In this document: positions 8,481 through 16,915 of the stretch, one piece after another
Layout: every line of letters begins with the position of its first letter
How positions within the stretch are numbered: position 1 is the first letter of the stretch
Source of the DNA: an uncultured Solirubrobacterales bacterium
Lineage (GTDB): Bacteria; Actinomycetota; Thermoleophilia; Solirubrobacterales; Solirubrobacteraceae
NCBI GenBank assembly: GCA_963713985.1
Contig: OY970219.1
Location: forward strand, 2,313,700 to 2,377,699
Direction of reading: 5' to 3'
Length of the DNA: 64,000 nucleotides
Program-made: the position numbers and the translations under genes
The notes under the pieces: generated by a model
What the model was told of the DNA's origin: nothing
What the model saw: only the letters and a program-made list of their open reading frames with translations
Databases searched by the model: none

Positions 8481-9209
8481 ATGTACGGGACGAGCGGCCG
8501 TCTGGTGCGAGTTGGGACGTTGCTGTGCTTGGTGTGCGCGGCATTCGGCCTGCTCGCCGGTGTGGCGCCCCCCGGAGGAGCGGCCGAAGACCCTGCCGGC
8601 GCCGGCGCCGCGACCCAGCAGGCGCACTCCGGCGGCACGTCGATGGCGTCCGCGACCTCGGTGTATTCGTTTCAGGCCTACAGTGGGACGGCGGGCCGGG
8701 CGCCGGTGGAAGCGCTGTGGTACAGGTTCAGCGGCGAGGGCGAGGAACGAGTGCTGTTTGAAATGTCCGGACAGACTCGATCCTGTCCCGTGCGCGCGGC
8801 GGTGCTCGACGCGCGCAGGCGGGTGCTGGGCGAAATCATCGTCGCAGCCGGCGAAACGCTGCCGTTCGCGGCGCCGCTGCCGGCCCATCCGGCGTCCGAA
8901 ACCGACTACCTGCGGATCGACGCCGACCCCTACAGGGCCTGTGCGGCCGCCGCCTACAGCTTCACGCTCTCCTCGCCCTTCGAGCCCGCTCCGTGTGAGC
9001 AGCGCAGGTGTCCCGCCTACGCTCCGGGGCCGCTGCTCGACCCGCGTTTCTGCAACGCCGCCCAGTACGCACTCAGCCACGCGACGGTCGCGCTCGAACG
9101 CGAGCGCGCCCTCGTCAGGCGCCACCGCGCCGGCGCCGCGGCGCTGCGGGCCGCCGAAGCCCGCAAGCGCGCCGCCAGACGCCGCGAGCGCAAGCTCTGC
9201 GAATACTGA
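8481..9209 (+). CDS. Hypothetical secreted protein
   Basis: Signal-peptide-like N-terminus (RLVRVGTLLCLVCAAFGLLAGVA), beta-rich middle and basic helical tail; ATG 8481 lies 7 nt after TAGACT. Confidence 0.65.
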   Translation: MYGTSGRLVRVGTLLCLVCAAFGLLAGVAPPGGAAEDPAGAGAATQQAHSGGTSMASATSVYSFQAYSGTAGRAPVEALWYRFSGEGEERVLFEMSGQTRSCPVRAAVLDARRRVLGEIIVAAGETLPFAAPLPAHPASETDYLRIDADPYRACAAAAYSFTLSSPFEPAPCEQRRCPAYAPGPLLDPRFCNAAQYALSHATVALERERALVRRHRAGAAALRAAEARKRAARRRERKLCEY

Positions 9210-9213
9210 GTCG

Positions 9214-9711
9214 ATGTCGCGCATGGGCGAAGGCATAGCGGTGGCGGTCATCGCGGCCGTCTCGGCGCTCGTGGGCACGGCCGTCGGTGGGGCCATCAGC
9301 TACCTGAGCAACGAACATCTGCAGACCCGCGAGGTGGCCCGCGAAGAAGCGCGGCAGACGACGGCGGCGCGAGCGGTGGCGCGCATCCTGATGGGGGAGT
9401 ACAGGGCCGAGTATGTGCGGCTGGGCGGGATGCTCGCCGAACACGAATACGAACCCGCCAGCTATCACGAGCGGATATTCGTCAGCCAGCTGGGCCTGGA
9501 AGACCGCAAGCTGCTGGCCAGCCGCCTGAGCGAGACCGACTGGGTCGCGGTGGCGAAGGCCTCACGCGGCATCGAAGAAGTCGAGGGCGCCCTGGAAGCC
9601 CACCACGGCGAGGGCTCGATCGACCTCGAAGAACGGGAAACGCTCGCCCGCGTGAGCGGTGCCTGCTCGGTTGCCTACGACGATCTCGCGCCCCTCGCTG
9701 AAGGCGGCTGA
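9214..9711 (+). CDS. Hypothetical protein with N-terminal membrane anchor
   Basis: GIAVAVIAAVSALVGTAVGGAISYLS followed by helical charged sequence; start at 9214 or 9223. Confidence 0.7.
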   Translation: MSRMGEGIAVAVIAAVSALVGTAVGGAISYLSNEHLQTREVAREEARQTTAARAVARILMGEYRAEYVRLGGMLAEHEYEPASYHERIFVSQLGLEDRKLLASRLSETDWVAVAKASRGIEEVEGALEAHHGEGSIDLEERETLARVSGACSVAYDDLAPLAEGG

Positions 9712-9721
9712 CGGCCCCCGG

Positions 9722-9753
9722 GCGCAGCGTGCAGGCCTCGTGGGTGAAGATGG
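9722..9753 (+). repeat. 32-bp direct repeat, copy 2 (intergenic copy of fbiC sequence)
   Basis: Exact match to 8143-8174. Confidence 0.9.
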
Positions 9754-9781
9754 ATCAGGCGGGGCCGCGAGCTGCGCCGCC

Positions 9782-10312
9782 CTACTGCAGCTCCACCACC
9801 AGTGGCACCCCGGTGGCGAACCAGCTGCGGTGCAACTCTTCGATCTTCGCGCGGGTGGGCAGGCCGGAACGGTGGAAGGCGCACTCCATGTAGTCGAAGG
9901 GGTGGACGCTCCCGCAGTAGACGGTCCTCGCCCGCTCGATCTCCGCGGGGTCGTGCAGCTCACGCGCGTGCCCGGCGAAGTTGCCGCCGTGCATGCGCAG
10001 CCGCACCCGCGGTTCGGTGCGGATGTTCAGCAGCCATCCGGCGATGTGGTTTTCGGCGACCGCGGTGGCGGTGGGGCGCAGCATGAGGATGTAGACCTTT
10101 TCGCCGTCGCGCACCGGGTGAACGCATTTGCGCCGCCATTTGCCGGTCTTGCGGCCTTTGGTGGTGAGCACGCCGAAGCTGCGGGGTGCTCGCGCCGCGA
10201 GCGGGAACATCAGCGCGCTGAGCATGCGACCGCCGCCGGCGGATTTCGTGAAGAGGTTGCGCTTGCGCTCGACGCGCTCGATCAGCTCGACCTTCGTCTC
10301 CTCGCCGCTCAT
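9782..10312 (-). CDS. Deazaflavin (F420H2)-dependent oxidoreductase, nitroreductase/FDOR-A-like family
   Basis: GVLTTKGRKTGKWRR...GWLLNIRTEPRVRL...AGHAREL pattern; ATG 10312 overlaps the oxygenase stop (ATGA). Confidence 0.75.
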   Translation of the reverse strand: MSGEETKVELIERVERKRNLFTKSAGGGRMLSALMFPLAARAPRSFGVLTTKGRKTGKWRRKCVHPVRDGEKVYILMLRPTATAVAENHIAGWLLNIRTEPRVRLRMHGGNFAGHARELHDPAEIERARTVYCGSVHPFDYMECAFHRSGLPTRAKIEELHRSWFATGVPLVVELQ

Positions 10313-11793
10313 GAGTCTGTCCGATCCCGCGCGAACTGGCCGTGGAAGCCGAAGGGGATGTGGTGGGGGGCCTGTGCCCGTGCCAGCTCGCTGAGGTCGG
10401 CGGCGTCGAGCACGAGCAGGAAGGAGGTGCCGGCGCGGGCGTCGAGCACGACCGAGAGCAGGACGCCGTCGTCCTCGTTCTCTGCGTCGGGGCGCGCCAC
10501 GAACACGGGCTCTCCCGGGTAGCAGTCGGGCTGCGCCCAGGAGAGCCTCGAGCCCTCGGCGGTGTCCACCTTGGCGATCTGCTCCAACCACCCGTTGCGG
10601 CCGGTGCCGTTGCCCCAGACGTAGCGGTAGGGGCGCTCGTTGCAGCGCCCGTAGTTGATGCGCGGAAGCTCGAGGTCGCCCTCCGCCAGGCGCCGGCGGG
10701 TCACGGAGCGGTCGTGCAGACGCAGGCGAAAACGAGTCAGCGCGGCCTGCGCCATGGGCTTGCCGGCGCGCAGGCGGTCGAGGTAGAGGTCCTCGATCAC
10801 GCTGGCGTCGGGGAAGGCGCACATATCGACGACGACCTCGCCCTCCTCCTCGTAGGCGTTGACGTGGTGGAAGGCGAAGCAGGCCTCGGTCTTGAAGCCC
10901 GCGACCGTCTGGCCGCTGGCGCGGTCGATCAGCGTGAAGCGCGTGCCCAGCTCGGGCTTCCAGCGGTAGTTCTCGATGTAGGGGCGGCCCGACAGCGCCA
11001 GCGCCAGCGGGTTGACGACGAGTGGGAACTCGGCGAGCACGATCCAGCGCTCGGTCAACCCGAAGGAGTGCATGTAGGCGGGGTGCCTCACGGGCAGCGA
11101 GGCGATCACCTGGGCCTCCGTGTCCTGGGGGCCGACGCGGAAGAACCTGTAGCTGCTGCGGGGGCCGAGGTTGGCGGCGTAGTTGAGCATCGAGCCGCTC
11201 GCGCGATCCACGTGCGGGTGGGCGGTCGTGAGCTGTCCCGGCGCCCGGTAGGGGCGCACGTCGACCGCCTCCAGGGTGCGCGCGTCGAACTGAACCGGCA
11301 GCGGGGTCTCGGTCATGGCGATGAAGCGCTCCCCCAGCTTCGTCACGTTGATGTTGGCGTTGTCGGGGAGGGCCTCGCTCAGCGCCTTCTGGGAGAACAG
11401 GGTGTGAACGCGCTTGAAGAGGGAGCGGCAGGGGTCGGTCGCGAACTCGCCGTAGACCATCTTCCCCTGCGCGCGCGCCGCCTTGTAGGAGCGGCTCTCG
11501 AGGAAGCGGCTGCCATATGAGACGCTCCCGCCGTCGATCGTGAAGCGGTGCAGCATCGCGAGTCCGTCGAACCAGTGCCTCATCTGCTGGCCCCCCACCT
11601 CGAACTTCGCGGGGCCGGTGCGCAGCAGCGAGCCCTGAAGCCAGGAGGGCAGCTCGCCGCTCAGCGGGAGCTCATCGACGACCACCTCCCGCTCCAGCGT
11701 GGAGAACCCGAGCGCCGCGGCGCTCGAGAGGTCTGCGGCGGCAGATGGCGGGGTGACGGTCGAGGGGGCGGGGGTGAGGGTCTCTGGCGGCAT
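10309..11793 (-). CDS. Carotenoid oxygenase / lignostilbene dioxygenase (RPE65) family
   Basis: GSLLRTGP, HWFDGLAMLH, TAHPH, YMHSFGLTE, FAFHHVNAYEE, LELPRIN, GEPVFV, HIPFGFHG (four iron-ligand His); SD AGGAGG. Confidence 0.93.
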   Translation of the reverse strand: MPPETLTPAPSTVTPPSAAADLSSAAALGFSTLEREVVVDELPLSGELPSWLQGSLLRTGPAKFEVGGQQMRHWFDGLAMLHRFTIDGGSVSYGSRFLESRSYKAARAQGKMVYGEFATDPCRSLFKRVHTLFSQKALSEALPDNANINVTKLGERFIAMTETPLPVQFDARTLEAVDVRPYRAPGQLTTAHPHVDRASGSMLNYAANLGPRSSYRFFRVGPQDTEAQVIASLPVRHPAYMHSFGLTERWIVLAEFPLVVNPLALALSGRPYIENYRWKPELGTRFTLIDRASGQTVAGFKTEACFAFHHVNAYEEEGEVVVDMCAFPDASVIEDLYLDRLRAGKPMAQAALTRFRLRLHDRSVTRRRLAEGDLELPRINYGRCNERPYRYVWGNGTGRNGWLEQIAKVDTAEGSRLSWAQPDCYPGEPVFVARPDAENEDDGVLLSVVLDARAGTSFLLVLDAADLSELARAQAPHHIPFGFHGQFARDRTDS

Positions 11794-11822
11794 GGTTCCT
11801 CCTGTATGGTTCGAACCGAATG

Positions 11823-11843
11823 ATACGTACCGTAGTATAGTCT
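11823..11843. promoter_or_regulatory. Candidate PadR operator (ATAC-N8-GTAT) overlapping the -10 of padR
   Basis: ATACgtaccgtaGTAT at 11823-11838; TAGTCT at 11838-11843 lies 7 nt before ATG 11851. Confidence 0.5.
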
Positions 11844-11850
11844 GAGGCGC

Positions 11851-12411
11851 ATGTCAAGCCCCCGTCTCACCGAGACCTCCTACATCGTGCTGGGACTGCT
11901 CGAGAAGGCCCAGCCGGCCACCCCCTACGACCTCAAGCAGCTCGCGCAGATGAGCACTGCCAACTTTTGGAGCGTGCCCCACACACAGCTCTACACCGAG
12001 TGCGCGCGGCTCGCCGAGGAGGGCCTGCTCTCAGAGCAACGCGAGCAGACCGGACGGCGGCGGCGGATCTACCGCCTCACCGACGACGGGCGGGAGGCAC
12101 TCGAGCGCTGGCGATCAGAGCCCGCTCGCGACATCTATGAACTGCGCGACGTGGCCACGCTCAAGCTGTTCGTGGGCGCGGACCCGGCCGAGCTCGCCGC
12201 CGCCCAGGTCGAGGTGCACGAACAGCGACTGCAGAGCTGCGAGGCGCTGCTCGCCAATCTCGCCGACGCGCCGCGCGGGTGGCGGCTCACGCTCGAATGC
12301 GGCATCGGCCACGAGCGCGAGTTCATCCGCTTCTGGTCGCAGCTGGCCGAAACGGGGACGCGAGCCGAAGGCGAGTGTCTCCCGGCTTCGGTCGAGGAAG
12401 AAACGGCGTAG
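11851..12411 (+). CDS. PadR family transcriptional regulator
   Basis: YIVLGLL...TPYDLK...WSVPHTQLYTECARLAEEGLL...RRRIYRLTDDGREALERW; Vir_act_alpha_C-type tail. Confidence 0.9.
   Translation: MSSPRLTETSYIVLGLLEKAQPATPYDLKQLAQMSTANFWSVPHTQLYTECARLAEEGLLSEQREQTGRRRRIYRLTDDGREALERWRSEPARDIYELRDVATLKLFVGADPAELAAAQVEVHEQRLQSCEALLANLADAPRGWRLTLECGIGHEREFIRFWSQLAETGTRAEGECLPASVEEETA
12342..12394. repeat. 53-bp hairpin-forming repeat, copy 1 (in the padR 3' end)
   Basis: 49 of 53 nt identical to 13084-13136; ends GGCCGAAACGGGGA and TCTCCCGGCTTCGGTC can pair with G-U wobbles. Confidence 0.85.
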
Positions 12412-12415
12412 GCGA

Positions 12416-13228
12416 TCAGCGAAACAGATCCTCGTCCACGGGACGCAGCAGTGCGCCGGCCCCGGGCCCGTCCTGGGCGGTGACGAAGCGTTCCAGCCCG
12501 CCGAGGATCACGACGGGCTCGCGGGAGTCCTTGGCGCGGGCGAGGTCGGCGGTGGCGGCGATCGTGTCGGCCACCGCGAGCCAAGTGGCGTGCAGCTCGC
12601 GTCCGGCGCTGTCGGTGCGTCCGCGCCAGTCCTCGAGCGGGGCCAGGCCGGCGCAGCCGATCGCGATGTCGCACTGCCCGTGGCGCCAGGCGCGGCCGAA
12701 GCTGTCGCTGATCAGCACCGCGACCCGAGCTCCGGTCAGCTCGCGCAGGCGCGCGCGCAGGTCCCGCGCGGAGGCGTCGGGGTCGGCGGGCAGCACGATC
12801 AGGTCCTCGGCACTGGCGGCGTTGGAGGCATCGACTCCCGCGTTGGCGCAGACGAAGCCGTGGTGGGTGCGGCAGATCAGCACACCGTTGGCCACGCGCA
12901 GGACCTCGCTCGACTGATCGAGCACCACCTGGACGGCGCGGGGGTCCTTGCCCTGCTCGTCCGCGATCTCGCGGGCCCGCGCGGAGGGCTCCACCTCCGC
13001 GAGCGCCACGACGGCGCCCTCGGCCTTGGAGACGACCTTGTGGGCGATCGCCACGATCTCGCCGTCGCGCAGTGGCGAGCGCGGCTGGCCGAAACGGGGA
13101 TGCGCGCCGCAGGCGCGTGTCTCCCGGCTTCGGTCGGCGTCGAGTGCCCCCGCGATCAGCGCGGCCAGGTCGTCCCCGGCGCGCACCTCGGGCAGGCCGC
13201 TCAGGCTGCGAGCGGAGAGCCTCGCCAC
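12416..13228 (-). CDS. cofE: Coenzyme F420-0:L-glutamate ligase (stand-alone CofE, no nitroreductase domain)
   Basis: GLPEVRAGDDLA, IAHKVVSKAEG, HHGFVCANAGVDASN, LPADPDASA, ISDSFGRAWRHGQCDIAIG. Confidence 0.93.
   Translation of the reverse strand: MARLSARSLSGLPEVRAGDDLAALIAGALDADRSRETRACGAHPRFGQPRSPLRDGEIVAIAHKVVSKAEGAVVALAEVEPSARAREIADEQGKDPRAVQVVLDQSSEVLRVANGVLICRTHHGFVCANAGVDASNAASAEDLIVLPADPDASARDLRARLRELTGARVAVLISDSFGRAWRHGQCDIAIGCAGLAPLEDWRGRTDSAGRELHATWLAVADTIAATADLARAKDSREPVVILGGLERFVTAQDGPGAGALLRPVDEDLFR
13084..13136. repeat. 53-bp hairpin-forming repeat, copy 2 (in-frame insertion in cofE)
   Basis: Encodes DRSRETRACGAHPRFGQP in the CofE N-terminal loop. Confidence 0.85.
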
Positions 13229-13322
13229 GGTTCCTCCGCGCCGATTGCGCTCACCGCTGCGGGTACGAGTGCGACGGTCGCGGCGACCGGCCGCGGCCGG
13301 GGCGGCTCCGCGAGCGCGAGGC

Positions 13323-14420
13323 TCACCACTGCAGCAGCATCAGCCCGACGGTGACGCCGGGGCCGATCGTGACCGCGAGGCCGTGCTCGCCCGGCTGGGG
13401 GCGGTAGCGCTCGATGGTGTCCTCGAGGACATAGAAGATCGAGGGGGTGCCCACGTTGCCGTGGTTGGCGAGGGCGTCCCAGCTCGTCGCGGTCTGCTCG
13501 TCGGAGAGCTCCAGGGCGCTCTGCACGTTCTCGATGATGCGCCGCCCGCCGGGGTGAACCATCCAGTGGTCGATCTCCGAGTGCTCCACGCGGTGCTGGC
13601 GCAGGAACTTCTCCGCCACGGCGGGCAGGCCCGCGCCGGCGAGGTCGGGCAGCTCGCGCGCGAGGTGCAGGAAGCTGTCCTGCTCGGCGCAGGAGAGGCT
13701 CACGGCTCCAAGGGTGCCGCCGATCTGGTGGACCTGGGTGGCGAGGATCATCGGCCCCTCGGCCTCGGGATCGGTGGAGAGCAGCGCGGCGGCGCAGCCA
13801 TCCCCGAAGAGCGCGGAGCCGACCGTCTTGGCCCGGGGATCCCCGGGGGTGGCGCGCGTGAGGATGCTGCTCATGCTCTCCGCCGCCACGATCAGGGTGT
13901 CCCTGCCGGGGTGTTGAAGCAGCGTCCCCGCGGCCATCCGCATCAGCGGCACTGCGCTCGCGCAGGCCACTCCGGTGATGTGGTACCTGTCGGTGGTGGG
14001 GTCCATCTCGTAGTGCTCCACGAGCCGGTGGGCGATGGTGGGCAGGCCGAGCGAGTAGAGGCTGGAGCTGACGACGGTGCCGATTTTGTGGGGGTTCTCG
14101 AGCCCAAGCGCGTCCACGGCGCGGATCGAGCGGCGCAGCAGCTCCTCCTCGACCTCGGGGGTGCGCCCTTGGAGGGTGCGCGCCAGGAAGTCGTCCTCCA
14201 GGTTCAGATGGCGCCGCTTGACGCCGCTGTGGGCGAAGATGCGCTCGGCGAACTCGTCGCCCCTGAGCCCCAACCGGTCGAGGACCTCCTCCTGGGAGAG
14301 GACGCTCTCGCTGTCGGAGACCGTGAGCCCGGAGATCCGCGGGCCGGTACGGAGCAGGTGCCCGTCCGCCGGTTGTTCGACCGTCGCCGTGCGTACGGTT
14401 GTGATATCGATTGCGTTCAA
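13323..14420 (-). CDS. Type III polyketide synthase (chalcone/stilbene synthase-like)
   Basis: Catalytic triad motifs GVACASAVP (Cys), WMVHPGGRRI (His), HGNVGTPS (Asn); SALFGDG; GPGVT; TTG start uncertain. Confidence 0.9.
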   Translation of the reverse strand: MNAIDITTVRTATVEQPADGHLLRTGPRISGLTVSDSESVLSQEEVLDRLGLRGDEFAERIFAHSGVKRRHLNLEDDFLARTLQGRTPEVEEELLRRSIRAVDALGLENPHKIGTVVSSSLYSLGLPTIAHRLVEHYEMDPTTDRYHITGVACASAVPLMRMAAGTLLQHPGRDTLIVAAESMSSILTRATPGDPRAKTVGSALFGDGCAAALLSTDPEAEGPMILATQVHQIGGTLGAVSLSCAEQDSFLHLARELPDLAGAGLPAVAEKFLRQHRVEHSEIDHWMVHPGGRRIIENVQSALELSDEQTATSWDALANHGNVGTPSIFYVLEDTIERYRPQPGEHGLAVTIGPGVTVGLMLLQW

Positions 14421-14590
14421 GACAGGGGCTTCGGTGTGAGCGTTAGTGTTGTGTTAGGCCACGTTGGAAATCACAACAGAGCAACAGGATACCGTCAGAA
14501 CCGGCGAGCCATGCGGCAGTTGCGCCAGAGTGCACGCTGCAATGCGGCGCGACCACAAGGCGACTACCACGATGAGGAGCGGATGAGTAT

Positions 14591-15292
14591 ATGAAGCTGA
14601 TCGGAGCGGGACTGCCCCGCACGGGTACCCTGACACAGAAACTGGCGCTCGAACAGCTCGGCTTCTGCCCGTGCTACCACTGGGTCAACGTGCTCGCGGA
14701 CCTCGACCAGGTCGAGCTGTGGGACCGCGCGATGGACGGGGACGGGCCGTGGGAGGAGGTCTTCGCCGGCTGCCAGGCGACCGTGGACTGGCCGGGGGGC
14801 TACTTCTACAAGGAGCTGATCGACGTCTACCCCGACGCCAAGGTGCTGCTGAGCGTGCGCAACCCCGAGTCCTGGGAGCCCAGCTTCCGCGAAACGATCG
14901 TCGGTCTCAGCCACGGCGAGGCGCTGATGCGCCTGCTGGCGAGCGCTCGAGGCGAGATCGACCCCCGCTGGCGGCGCTACCTGAATCTGGTCGATCGCAT
15001 GTTCTGGGGCCCGCAGGGCACCTTCTCCGAAGGCTGGGCCGAGCCGGCGCAGCTGATCGAGCAGTTCGAGCGCCACAACGAGGCCGTCAAGCGCATCGTC
15101 CCCCCAGAGCGGCTGCTCGTCTGGAAGGTGACCGAAGGCTGGGAGCCGCTGTGCGAGTTCCTCGAAGTCGAGGTCCCCTCCGAGCCGCTGCCGCACGAGA
15201 ACGACCGCGAGACCTTCCTCGACCGCGTCATCGGCGGCGCGATCGGGGCCCTGCACGAGTGGCACGAGAGCAGGGCCGCCGCGACTGGCTGA
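14591..15292 (+). CDS. Sulfotransferase-like P-loop protein (Sulfotransfer_4 type)
   Basis: MKLIGAGLPRTGTLTQKLALEQLG.CPCYHW, VDWPG, YPDAKVLLSVRNPESW, VPPERLLVW.V.EGWEPLCEFL, P.PHEN; SD GAGGAG. Confidence 0.85.
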   Translation: MKLIGAGLPRTGTLTQKLALEQLGFCPCYHWVNVLADLDQVELWDRAMDGDGPWEEVFAGCQATVDWPGGYFYKELIDVYPDAKVLLSVRNPESWEPSFRETIVGLSHGEALMRLLASARGEIDPRWRRYLNLVDRMFWGPQGTFSEGWAEPAQLIEQFERHNEAVKRIVPPERLLVWKVTEGWEPLCEFLEVEVPSEPLPHENDRETFLDRVIGGAIGALHEWHESRAAATG

Positions 15293-15295
15293 GGC

Positions 15296-15958
15296 TCAGC
15301 GGGCGCCGAGCACGATGCGGGTGCGGCGCGCTCGGGATGGGGGCCCACCCGCCTCGCCCGCCAGGCGCTCGCGCAGGACGGCGAGATCCTCGCCAGTGTC
15401 GATGTCGAGCAGCAGTGAGGCGAGCCGCTCCACCCTGCACGTGACCCCCGCGGCCTGGGCGAGCCGCCGGTGGCGCTCGCAGCTGTCGGGCCCGAAACTG
15501 GGGGCGATCGCCCCTGGGGGGGTGAGCAGCAGCCCATTGGTGCCAGTCCCGTGGCGGTCGGGCACGATCACCGCTTCGCTCGCCCCGCCGGGCTCTGCCT
15601 CCAGCAGCGCCTGCAGCTCCAGGGGATCGAGCGCGGGGCAGTCCCCGGGGACGCACAGCACCCGCCCGAAACCCTCCGCCACGGCGCGCTCGAGGCCCTC
15701 GGCGACCGCGGCGCTCTGGCTCTCCTCGGCGGTGTCCGGGACGACGAGTGCACCGATGTAGCCGGCCGCGGTGGCGACCGACTCCTCGCTGGTCACGACG
15801 ATCGTGCGCTCGATTGCGGGGCAGTCGCGCAGGGCGCTCAGCACATCCCCCACCATCGCGCGGGCGAGGTCCAGCCGCAGCGGGTCCGCCACGCTCGCCC
15901 CGAGGCGCTGCTTGGCGCGGGAGAAGCGCTTGACGGGGAGTACCGCTGCGGTGCGCAT
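15296..15958 (-). CDS. cofC: 2-phospho-L-lactate/PEP guanylyltransferase
   Basis: AVLPVKRFSRAKQRL, VPGDCPAL, VPDRHGTGTNGLL, FGPDS...H, LDIDTGEDL. Confidence 0.93.
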   Translation of the reverse strand: MRTAAVLPVKRFSRAKQRLGASVADPLRLDLARAMVGDVLSALRDCPAIERTIVVTSEESVATAAGYIGALVVPDTAEESQSAAVAEGLERAVAEGFGRVLCVPGDCPALDPLELQALLEAEPGGASEAVIVPDRHGTGTNGLLLTPPGAIAPSFGPDSCERHRRLAQAAGVTCRVERLASLLLDIDTGEDLAVLRERLAGEAGGPPSRARRTRIVLGAR

Positions 15959-15961
15959 GTC

Positions 15962-16915
15962 TCAGCCCGCGAGCGAGTCCGCGAACGCGAGCGTCTGCTC
16001 GGCCACTAGCGCACGTGAGGGGGCGTCGGCCATGTGCGTGTCGATCTGGAGTGTGGCGAGGCCCGACACGGGTTCGTCGGCGACGATCCCGTGGAGCAGA
16101 TCCCCGTAGAAGTCCGCGACCCCCTTGGCGCTGCACTCCAGCGCCGCGAAGGCCATGAAGGAGGCCGTGGGACCCTTCAGCACCTCCCCGCCCACAATCG
16201 GGCTGACGGCCACCACGGGGGTGTCGGCGGCCGCGAGGGCCTCGCGGATCCCGGGCACAGCGAGGATCGGGGCGATCGAGGCGAGCGGATTGGAGGGCCC
16301 GATCACGATCGCGCGCGCGCTGGCGATGGCGGCCAGCGCGTCAGGGCTCGGCGCGGCCTGCTCGGCGCCCCGGAACTCGAGGCCCTCCACGAGGCCCACG
16401 GCGCCCTGGCGGATCATGAACTCCTGGAAGGAGCGCCACCCGGCCTCTGTTCTGACCCACGTCCGCACGGGATCGTCGCTCGCGGGCAGCACCCGTGCGT
16501 GCACCCCGATTGCGCGGTTCAGACGTTCGAGGGCTGCAGTGGGGGAGAGGCCCTCGGCGAGCAGCCGCGCTCGCTCGGCGCACCAGGCGAGGTCGCGGTC
16601 GCCGAGGTTGAACCACACCTCCACCCCCAGCGCGCGCAGGCCGTCCATCACGTTGAAGGTGTCCCCCTCCAGGCCCCACCCGCGCGCATCGATGAGGTCG
16701 GCCAACCAGAAGGAGACGAGGTCGGGGTCGGGGGAGACGAGGGCGCCGTAGATCTCGATGTCGTCGCCCGGGTTGACGATCACCGCCAGGCGCTCGGGCC
16801 CCACCACGTCGAGCATCCCCCGCGCCAGCTTCGCCCCGCCAGTGCCCCCCGCGAGGACGACCACATCCCCGCGCCCGCCGGCAGCTCGCGGACCACCGCC
16901 GTCCGCTACTCCCAC
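15962..16915 (-). CDS. cofD: Phospholactate/phosphoenolpyruvate transferase
   Basis: VVVLAGGTGGAKLARG, VNPGDD, VSPDPDL, WFNLGDRD, FQEFMI, IVIGPSNPLASIAPIL, VSPIVGGEVLKGP; start GTG 16915 or 16864. Confidence 0.92.
   Translation of the reverse strand: MGVADGGGPRAAGGRGDVVVLAGGTGGAKLARGMLDVVGPERLAVIVNPGDDIEIYGALVSPDPDLVSFWLADLIDARGWGLEGDTFNVMDGLRALGVEVWFNLGDRDLAWCAERARLLAEGLSPTAALERLNRAIGVHARVLPASDDPVRTWVRTEAGWRSFQEFMIRQGAVGLVEGLEFRGAEQAAPSPDALAAIASARAIVIGPSNPLASIAPILAVPGIREALAAADTPVVAVSPIVGGEVLKGPTASFMAFAALECSAKGVADFYGDLLHGIVADEPVSGLATLQIDTHMADAPSRALVAEQTLAFADSLAG

Noticed and set aside
5671-9711. 1346-aa plus-strand ORF
   Set aside because: Alternative-frame shadow of fbiC (Arg/Gly/Ala-rich, no motifs); only its last ~165 aa (9214-9711) look like a real gene.
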